Positions 52,205-61,666 of a DNA stretch of 64,000 bases are shown piece by piece. Position 1 is the stretch's first letter; the number at the start of each line of letters is the position of its first letter. The notes under the pieces were generated by a model. The model saw nothing but the letters and a program-made list of their open reading frames with translations. It ran no database searches and had not been told where the DNA came from. Origin of the DNA: Dipteris shenzhenensis (Eukaryota); assembly GCA_047967505.1 (NCBI GenBank), contig CM106538.1. The stretch is one strand, 5' to 3'. The position numbers and the translations under genes are program-made.

Positions 52205-52338
52205 CTGTTCAAAACGCTCCTCTGGGAAATCAGTAAGCGATGAAACTTTCAATTCCCCATGAACACCATGCAAGCTACGTATCAAACCCACTTCAACAAA
52301 ATCGTCGTCATCATTGGCCTCCAAATTATTGTCGATTC
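52205..52338 (-). CDS. rimM: RimM-family gene, internal exon A (RimM N-terminal domain start)
   Basis: Acceptor ctcttattgatgcag|G and donor CAG|gtat; encodes ...DDFVEVGLIRSLHGVHGELKVSSLTDFPEERFEQ, the RimM G-x-I-x3-HG-x2-GE motif. The 5' boundary is inferred from the best acceptor. Confidence 0.85.
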
Positions 52339-52431
52339 CTGCATCAATAAGAGAGCCCACATATTTACTTGCATGATTAGAATTACGCATAGTAAGAGTG
52401 GAAGAGCTCCAACTTCAGAATTTCAAAACGA

Positions 52432-55400
52432 CCTCCTCTCAGCCTGCTCCCCCTCTCAGCCTGCTCCCCCGCCCCCTCCCCCTGCCTGCTCCCTTGCCCC
52501 CTCCCTGCTCCTCCGCCCCCTCCCTGCCTGCTCCCCCGCCCCCTCTCTGCCTCTCCGCCCCCTCCCTGCCTCTCAGCCTGCCCCCTGCTCCCCCGCCCCC
52601 TCCCTGCTTCTCCGCCCCCTCCTCCCCCGCCCCCTCCCTGCCTGCTGCTCCCCCGCCCCCTCCCTGCCTCTCCGCCCCCTCCCTGCCTGCTCCCCCGCCC
52701 CCTCCCTGCCTCTCCGCCCCCTCTCTACCTCTCAGCCCGCCCCCTCCTCTCCCTCTCCTCCCCCTTCCCTTCACTCCCCGCACCCTCTCCTCCCCCTCTC
52801 AGCCTGCCTCGCCCCCTCCCTGCCCCTCCCTCTCCTTCCTCTCCCTCTCCTTCCTCTCCCTCTCCCTCTCCTTCCTCTCCTCTCCCTCTCAGCCCTCCCC
52901 CTCCCAGCCCGCCCCCTTCCAGCTTCTCCTTCCTCTCCCTTTCCTTTTCCTAGCCTGCCCCCTCCCTCCCTCTCAGCCTGCCCCTCTCCCCTTCAGCCTC
53001 TCAGCCTCTCCCCTTCACCCCTCCCCTTCTCACCCCTTCCCCCTGCTCCCTCCTCGCCTCCTTTCCCTTTTTTCTACCCCCCTTTTCTCCCGCAGCTTTT
53101 TTTGGAGCGGAAGGAGCCTTTAATTTGTTAGAGTCGGCCTCCTCACCTCGATTGGCGATGGATACTCCATCAGCCAATCCTACTCCACCTCCACCGCCCG
53201 CGAAAACTATTACCTCTTCTAAAGACGAGTTGCAGCAGCTCAAGAAGGATGTAGAGATTGAATGCTCTACCACGTTGCTAGCACGCATCTTCGGGTCTCA
53301 CCCCTCCAGATCCCAAGCCACAGACTAGATGCTTGCGGCTCTCCCCCCAGACCTCACTCCACGATTGTTAGATGTTCGTCTTCTGGGACGAGGTTTTTTA
53401 CAGGTTGTTTTTGACACTCCAAAGGCTGCGAGCACTGTGCTCAAGGCTGAGTTTTTACACCTGGGACACAGGAAGATCTTCTTTGAAGTCTTTCATATTG
53501 GTTTCGACCCAGTGGAGGCAGATAAGAAAATCTTCTCGCTCTTCATCAAATTCCCCGGGCTTCCCCAGGTTTACCATCGACTTCTTTCTGTTATTGGGGA
53601 GCATTTTGGCGCAGTTGCTGAGATCCCACCCCTCCCTCGGTTGCCATTGACTGCAGCAGAGGCAACCAAGGCTGATGGGGTACCTAGAGTTAGGGTCCTT
53701 TGCAAGGATCCTAACCTCAAGATGGATCATGTTATGATCCAGCGCCCGGATGGTTCCTTTTTTCGCCAGAGAGTAGAGATTTCAGGCAAACAGGACCAGT
53801 GCAGGATTTGCAGGACCTCTGGACACTTTGCTAGGGATTGCCCCAGGAAGAAGAAAAGGCCCAAGAAGCCCTCTGGTACAGCTACCGCCCCATGGCCTCG
53901 ACAGGGGGGACAGGGGGGTGGTATAGGTCCAGCACTTGCTCCTCGGCCTTGACAGAGGGGTGGTACAGGTCCAGCACCTGCTCCTCGACCTTCGCATGGT
54001 AGTCCTCCTCAGATTGGTGGTGGTACAGGTCCAGCACCTGCTCCTCGGCCTCGACAGGGGGGTGGTACAGGTCCTTCACCTGCTCCTCGACCCCCACCTA
54101 CCTCAGGAGCACGCGACGCTCTCCAGTGGGTTCCGGCACGTGTGCAGATCCCTCCTTCAGTTCACGAGGGTACTTTAGTGGACTCTGCTTCACCTCGAGC
54201 TGTCCCTCCAGTCTCACCTTGCACAGTCCGAGACGCTGAAGCTTCGACCTCCTCCCCGGTTGCAGCTTCTTCCCTAGATCCAGCGGTGCCAGATGCTCTT
54301 CTTGAGGCAGGAGAGGTCTCCGCGGCTGGGCAGACACAGGATAGAGAGCATTCCTCATTTCCTCCCTTGGATAGGGGGAAGGGGATAGCTTACACTATTG
54401 ATCCTCTTCCCTCACAAGGGATCCTTCGCACTCCGGTGTCTGGCTTGCTCCACAGGAACTCGTTTTCAGCCTTGGCAGAGGGTTCAGATTTCCCAGAGGA
54501 GGAGTTTGTGCCCGCTACTTTTGGGGAGCCAGTGATTGGGTTTCCTGTTGAAAGGGCTTCTTCTTCAGGTGCCAGGGTTCTTTCCCCTGTTGATTTTTCG
54601 CCACTTGGTTCCATCCCTTCCTCCTCGAGCAAGAATGGTTGCCATTCTGAAAGCTCGGGCCAGTTTCAGAAGCACTCTTCGGAGGATTCCTCCTTCCTCT
54701 CGGGAAGAGATTGATAGGCAACCCATCATGTGGAATGACAGTATTTTAGATGATCATGGCAGACCACTGGGTGCCTCACTCTACATGCAGTGGTCCAGGT
54801 GGGAGAGGGGACCTGCATCTTCTATGGGGTCTTGGAAAGCTTTCCGCAGGCTTCCAGAGGAGACCAAATCAAGGTTGACAGGACATCTCAGAGGGAGTGC
54901 AGGGAGGATCTTGCAGATTGAGGCAGCCCTTCCAGAGGTTTGGGTAGACACAGATGATATGCCACTCACTTCCTCCACTTGGGCAGGTACTTTTTCGAGA
55001 GGCGGGGTTCCGCTTCAGGTTTTGGCCTTTCGAGATGCACAGGAGGATGCTTTGGTTTTTAGTGTCCAGGATGGTGGCAGATTGCTCAGGTCCACAGAGG
55101 ACATCTTGCTTGAGTCTGCTTTTCAGCCTTTCAGGGTTGTAGGTCTTTTGATGCAGGGATCAGATTCAGAGTGGTTCCTAGACCCAGACCCCCGGCTACT
55201 CTCCACCGGGTCTTGGAGGCTCTGGCTCTATGGGGGAGTTCCCATCAGGTATTTGTAGTGGGACCCCGGAGAGTGGGAGTGGATTGACGCAGGGCATCGA
55301 GAGAAGAGCATCCCCTTCTTTCGTTACACGGTCAGTAATGCCAAGAGATATTAGCTCAGTAGTAGAGGTTGGAGACCCTCCAGAGTTCCTTCCTCATTGG

Positions 55401-56250
55401 GAGACTTTTGATATTACTGTGGATCTGCAGAGGTGCTTCTGGAGGGGACTCTGGAAATCCCACAAGAATAGAAAGATCACTATCTTCTTTTGGCTTTCTA
55501 TCCATGGAGGAATTGCAGTGAACCTTTAGAGGTCCAGGTTCATAGCCGACCCTACATGCCCTCGATGCCTTTCTGCTTCGGAGTCTATTCAGCATTGCTT
55601 ATGGGATTGCAGACAGGCGAGGATGATTTGGATGGGGGTAGCCAGGATTTTCAGTCACTTTGCCCATTCTCCATTTTTTATGACATGGGCCTCGGTGGCT
55701 TGGCTTTCTCTTACAGGACCTCAGGTTTTCTATGAGAGAGTTGACTCCTCTCGGCCCATTTCGGTTCGACGTCATCGGATTGAGTCTTGTTCATTGGATG
55801 TGGTACCACACCTTCCTTTTACAGCTGTTACATGCCTCTGTGGATACTTCTTGGGAGATTCTAGCGAGCATAGCATCCTGGCATATCTGGAGAGCCAGAT
55901 GCACAGAGGCTTTGGAGGGTACTCAGGTTCATCCCTCACACACATTGGCTAGTATCTGGACAGACATCGTACATACTTTGATGGCCGTATGGACGGGTAT
56001 GCAGGGAGACTCCCGTGCAGCCTCAGCTAGGAGGGCTTCTTTCTTCAGGGAATGGAAGGATTCTCCTTTCTTCTCTGAAACTACTACAGGGTTGAGGTGG
56101 CACTTTCAGCCTCAGCCTTGGTTGTTTTCCACCTCACTCTGAGGGGGTTTTTAATTTATCCTCACGATTTCATGATGTATTCCGCTTTGAGCTTGCTCTC
56201 GCGGGTTTTTTCTCTTACTTAATAGAAGTCTTTTTCTTGGAAAAAAAAAA
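52432..56250 (+). mobile_element. L1/Tx1-like LINE (LINE-B2), internally deleted: keeps most of ORF1, lacks endonuclease and RT
   Basis: Perfect 15-bp TSD agaatttcaaaacga (52417-52431, 56251-56265); poly(A) 56241-56250; ORF1 from 53158 with CRICRTSGHFARDC; joins post-RT ORF2 at ~54635; same family as LINE-B1. Confidence 0.95.
53900..54090 (+). repeat. ~39-bp tandem repeats in LINE-B2 ORF1 (RQGGGTGPAPAPRP-like)
   Basis: Four copies of ggtggtacaggtccagcacctgctcctcg with variants. Confidence 0.8.
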
Positions 56251-56399
56251 AGAATTTCAAAACGAAGGAAATCCATCCGCTCAAGATCCACCAGCATACC
56301 TGAAGATCACCAAGGACAATAAATATGTGAGGAATCCATTTATTTCTGCACTTTTACACTTATCCAAAACAGTTGCAAACAGTAGCAAAATAGTGACCT

Positions 56400-57050
56400 T
56401 GCACAATGCCTACACGAGCATGTGTAGAAGATAATTGGGAGAAACAAGCACTTGACAATGCCATGACAGCCTACACAGCAGAGACAACTCCAAACACTAC
56501 ATCTAATGTCCTCACCAGCCTCCAAAACATATGTCTTGCATTGATTGAAAAAATTGACATTTTGGAATCTACAAATGTGGTCTCCTTGAGGAGAAAGCAC
56601 TGTAGACAAGACACTTGCTGAAGGGAAAAAACATGGAGGGAAAATGCAAGAGGAATGGAGAAAAGAAAAGGGCAAAAAGGAGAAATGGGAGAAAGAAAAG
56701 GCTGAATGGATGTGAAAAAAACAAGCTCCAGGACAAGATGCGTGCTCTGAAGATTGAAGTGCAGAGGAGACAAGGAGGATAAGGAAGAGAAGGAAGAGGG
56801 AGAATTACGACGATCTCGAGATCATGGGACGTGTGCACACACCGGACTGAAAATAGCAATATGGAATTGTAATGGCACACTATGGTCTGACCCACGAGGT
56901 TTCTTGGAGACATACAATGATAGAGATATGACCTTCTACACCAAGACGCATGAGAGCCCAACAAAAGGGCTGCCCACAATAACAAGATACATATGGGAGT
57001 CAGCTCACAGGAGGGTGTTGAGGAGAGATATGCGTGCCTCAGGATCCATG
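56400..57050 (+). mobile_element. 5' fragment of a distinct LINE (ORF1-like remnant and endonuclease N-terminus)
   Basis: LKIAIWNCNG...TFYTKTHE...RASGS is the start of an APE endonuclease, truncated by an LTR. Confidence 0.55.
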
Positions 57051-57076
57051 GAGCGCTCTAAGGTGGATGGAACCTA

Positions 57077-57960
57077 TGTGGAGACATGATGAAGAGAATG
57101 CTCATGACATGTACCTCAAGTCAATTAGGTTCCAAGATAGATTAGCTTGGACCCATAAACAGAATCTTGAGTTAATGTGCATTCTTCTCTCTCAAGAATA
57201 CATGATAGGCCTCTTATATAGAGAGTGCCCTTAGAATAGTCAACACTTGTAGGATACTCTAATCCACATCTCTCCTTGTGGATATCCTTGATCCACATCT
57301 CCACATCATGTAGTCCACATCCTAGGGTGGCTACTATAATTCTTTCCTATACCATACCTTAGCCTTTAATCTATGTACTCATGGCACCACATCTCAACAC
57401 CTCCCCTTGGTGCCATGATCCATTGGCTACTGCAAGGTGGTTAGATGTGAGTTTATATTCCATCACCTCCCCTTAGTGCATACATTGCCACTCTCAGATG
57501 TGGTTTTTACATGTCAATACCTCCCCTGGGTGCTTTCATAGCTACTCTCACGTGGTCAGGTTTTTACATGTCAATACCTCCCCTGGGTGCTTTCATAGCT
57601 ACTCTCAGGTGGTCAAGTTTTTACATGTCAATACCTTAAGGTCGTCAAGTGTGGCTTTTACATGTCAATACCTCCCCTGGGTGCTTTCATAGCTACTCTC
57701 AGGTGGTCACGTTTGATTTTCAAACATGTGGGCTGAAGGTGGCAAGTTTTGCTTCTCAATGCTTGATGTTGATAGCGTTCTCTTCTTTGCTTGATATAGC
57801 TTGATGCATGATGCTTTGTTCTTCCATGTGCCTTAACGCTTTACGTGTGGATGCCATGCTTTGTGCTATGGTCATCTCATGCACTTGTGCTTTTGGCACG
57901 CTTTTTGCATTCATGCGTTGCTTTAGCATTTGTTGCAGAAGTCTTACCATGAGCTTTGTG
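57077..57960 (-). mobile_element. 3' LTR (57077-57399), PPT and internal remnant of an LTR element
   Basis: Inverted termini TGTGGAGA...TCTCAACA; PPT reverse complement cctccccttgg at 57400-57410. Confidence 0.65.
57490..57712. repeat. ~57-bp tandem repeat, 3-4 copies
   Basis: Repeats of ttttacatgtcaatacctcccctgggtgctttcatagctactctca(c/g)gtggtca. Confidence 0.85.
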
Positions 57961-57982
57961 TTGCTTCAATGGTAGTGTCTAA

Positions 57983-58526
57983 TTGCTAACAATGATTCTG
58001 ATCTAACAGGTGTGTAGAGCTTGAAAAGACGATCACTTTTCCTTTTTGGAGTGCGTGCAAATTCCTCCTGGATTGGAGGTTACGGCTTGTCGAAGTTTCT
58101 GTGAAGAAGAGGGCCTTTGATGATGTGGCAGACATAGTTACTATCAAACGCGTTTGATTGGCTTACCAAACGTTTGGAAACGTTTGAAAAACAGGCGTTT
58201 GGAAACTTCAATCAAACTTTGCTTTCAGTGCATAAGTTTGAAATTTTTCAAACGTTGCTAACAATGATTTTGATCTAGCAAGCATGTAGAGCTTCAAAAG
58301 ACGATCACTTTTCCTTTTTGGAGTGCGTGCAAATTCCTCCTGGATTGGAGGTTACGGCTTGTCGAAGTTTTTGTGAAGAAGAGGGCCTTTGATGATGTGG
58401 CAAACATAGTTACTATCAAACGCGTTTGATTGGCTTACCAAACGTTTGGAAACGTTTGAAAAACAGGCGTTTGGAAACTTCAATCAAACTTTGCTTTCAG
58501 TGCACAAGTTTAAAATTTTTCAAACG
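57983..58526. repeat. 272-bp tandem duplication spanning the putative hAT left end
   Basis: Units 57983-58254 and 58255-58526 are highly similar. Confidence 0.9.
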
Positions 58527-61500
58527 TTTGAAAAAACCCTAAAGTCATAAAATATGCAAATTCGCCTCTTTTTCCACGCCCGTTTTGACGCCCGTACCTG
58601 CGCGACAGCTTCCGTACTTCCTTCCGTACCTCCTGCGTTGGAAGCGACCCAGGCCCTAAGGTAACGGGTTGCATGCTGCAGCCTGCAGCCTGCTCTAGTC
58701 TTCTACAGCCTTGAGCCTACAGCCCAAGTCATACAGCCCACTGGTCAGTGGTGACTACTCTACACGCTACTCAAGAGTCAAGACTAGAGTCTAGACTATA
58801 GGCTCTACTGGACTATGCAGTCCCAAGGCTCCAGCCCCCCCATGCTGAGTTCTCTCCTGTAACTTGTAAGGTAATTTTCTTGCTGCTGTAACCTGTTAGA
58901 ACCTATCTTTGAAGCTTGAAAGTTGGCAAGTGAATGCTACAGCCTGTTGAAACTTCAAGCTTCACTTATAAGTTATATTTATTTTTATTGTCTTGACTCT
59001 TGTTTGAACTTTGCAGTCTGGAATCTGCAGATAGCTTCAGACCTTAGCCTTGCATTACTTTCAAGGTGCAAATTGCAATTTGCAGATATATCATATACGT
59101 TATAAGCATCCTTGCAGGCTGCAAGCTCTAGCCTCGAGTGAAGAGTCTTGACTCTCAAGTATCTACCTCCTCACTGCTCAGGTAGTTTTAACTTTTAGTC
59201 TTTTAGAGGCTTCAGCCTTCAAAGTTCAATACCTCTATTTGAATTTTGCAGCTTGCTTCTTTAAATCAGCCTTGAACCTATTACATACAGGTTACAGGGA
59301 AGTGGCAGTTATTTTGAGTCTACTATTCTAACTTCTAAGTACTTGTAATTTGCAAATTGCAATGTCTTGCAGTTTCAAGTTTCAACTTTCAGCCCTCATC
59401 ATGGGTAGGATCAAAGGAGCTGAGTGGGAGTATGTTGAGATTGAAGGTGATTATGGAAAGGGGACAAGTGGAATGAAGAGGTGCAAGTGTGTGTATTGTG
59501 GTCATGGTTACCAAGGAGGGCCACATAGAATCCATGGGCATATTCTTGGCATTAAGTCCAGAGGAGTTAACCCTTGCCTAGCTCCTCCACCTGATGTGGT
59601 AGAAATATGCAAGCGGTTAGATGCTGCAGCTGGTGCAGCAGTTTTGGTAGAAGACGATGGCGGTTTTGTGGAGATGGAAGGAGCTTCCGATATTGGCACG
59701 AAGCAAGTAACAAGCGGCATAAGCTTCCAACCTATGGGAGCAAACAACATACTCTTGTACAATCTTGGCAAGTGGCTGCAAGAGAGAAGGCCATGAGTGC
59801 TTGCAGGAAATTCTTTTTTGCGGAGGATTTGTCTTTCAATTTAATTCGTAGCCCTTTCTTCTTGGACTTTGTCAAAGCAGTTGGGGAGGTTGGACCTTCA
59901 TGGAAACCTTCTTCATATGAAACCTTCCGCACTAAAGACCTTAGGGAGGAGGTGAAGTCCATTAAGAAGGAGCTTCAAGTGGTGAAGGAGAAGTGGCCAA
60001 AGTATGGTTGCACAATAGTGTCCGATGGCTGGTTAGACACTAGGAGGCGACCACTTATGGTAACTTCTATCCATGGGGGTATTTTCATGAAAGCAGTGGA
60101 CACTAGTGGCCACTTAAAGACAGGTGAGTACACCTAAAAGAGGTTATTGAAGAGGTGGGGTCAGAAAATGTAGTCCAAGTTGTCATGGATAATGCTTCCA
60201 ATTGTGTGCTTGCTGGAGATATGCTTGAGGAGGACTATCCCCATATTTTTTTCACTCGTTGTACTTGCCATTGTCTTGACTTGCTATTTGAGGACATCGG
60301 CAAGTTAGATTGGGTGAAGCTTGTGCTTGACATAGCACGAATGATTGTAACATTCATCACAAGGAAGCAAAGAGCTTTGCATATGTTCCGCTCTTTGAGT
60401 GAGCATGAGTTGTTAAAGCCTTGTGACACTAGGTTTGCCTACATGTACATAGTTTTGGGCAATTTAATAGATGTAAGGCAAGCATTGAGGAGGATGGTTG
60501 TAAGTGAAGAATGGACAAGATGGCGGACCTCCAAAACAGAAAAAGGCAAAAAAGTGGAAGAGCATGTCCTTGACAATGCATTTTGGGAGCAATGCCTTAT
60601 CATAAAGAACTTGTGTGCTCCCATCTTGAAGCTTCTCCGTCTTGTGGATCGAGAGGGTGCAACCATGGGATTTGTTTATGAACTCATGGACAAGATGGTG
60701 GAACAGAATATTTCAGCGGATCGCGTGAAAAAAGTACACGACTTATGTGTGTCAAGGTGGGCTTTTATGAGTCACTTGTAAGCTGTAACTGTAAGTTGTG
60801 GTATCATTTTTGTGCATTTTTTAAGTAGTTACTTGATAGTTATTAGTGACTCATATACATCAATGATATTTTGTAACTTAGGTGGAATATGATGCACTCT
60901 CCCTTGCATGCTTCTGCATTCGTCCTTCATCCAGTTTGGAGAGGCAAGGGTCAGGAAACTGATCAAGAGGTGCAAAGTGGTTGGATGACCACCATTGAGC
61001 GGTATAGCAAAAATGATATGGAGCTGCAGGTAAGGCTTAAGTGATATGGCACATGCTTCACGATGCATTTATGCAAGCTATAAGTTGTAGCAAAGTTTCT
61101 TGAATTTAATTTCTAGTTGGAACTTGGAACTTGGGACTTCTTGTTGGCCATTTCAGGCCAAATTGATAGACCAATTGAATATGTATCGTGATTGTGAGGG
61201 ATCATTCTCACGTATGGCTGCAAAGGACAAGTCACTTATGGCCACAGGAGTGAAGTGGTGGGAATCTTTTGGAGCTAGCACTCCAGAGCTACAATGACTA
61301 GCCATCCGCATCCTTTCACAGGGTAGTAGTGCCTCTCCTTGTGAAAGAAATTGGTCCACATTCTCACTTATCCATACAAAGAAACGGAATCGCTTGAAGC
61401 CCGCATAGATGGAGAGATTGGTTTATGTTCATACAAATCTCCGTCTCACAAGAAACATCAAACAACGTGGTTTTCTCAAGATGGAGGTGAGTGAAGTCTT

Positions 61501-61666
61501 TTGGATCTTTCAAGTTTCAATCTCCTATCTCTCTTGGCTATTTTGAAGCTTCTTCAAGCTAGAACATAGAAGATTAAAGGCTTATCTTTCTTTCAAATAT
61601 CAGGTCACACTTGCTATGCTTGAGAAGGAACGTGATGTGGATCGCTTACTCACATTGGAGAAGTTG
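58405..61666 (+). mobile_element. hAT DNA transposon (BED finger, DUF659, hATC dimerisation), decayed and 3'-truncated
   Basis: BED finger from 59401 (W...CKCVYC...H...H), SDGW, MDNASN, CxxHCLDL, DTRF, HSPLHA, SASPCERNWSTF; GT-AG introns 60757-60881, 61030-61156, 61487-61603; AAACGTTT-rich subterminal region; putative end CATAGTTA at 58405 (copy at 58133). Confidence 0.9.

Noticed and set aside
34207-52338. rimM as a bacterial contaminant or recent horizontal transfer
   Set aside because: It has spliceosomal introns and a plant-type C-terminal extension; nuclear-encoded organellar RimM is established in plants.
54600-54640. LINE-B2 deletion as a spliced-out intron
   Set aside because: In LINE-B1 the bases preceding the resumption point are ctctc, not AG.
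56300-56400. Candidate upstream rimM exon ending at CAG|gtatg (~56300, minus strand)
   Set aside because: The frame compatible with exon A has a TGA just before the donor, and the sequence does not look like a transit peptide.
57490-57712. Possible CRISPR-like array
   Set aside because: Head-to-tail tandem units without unique spacers, in a eukaryotic LTR-element context with no cas genes.
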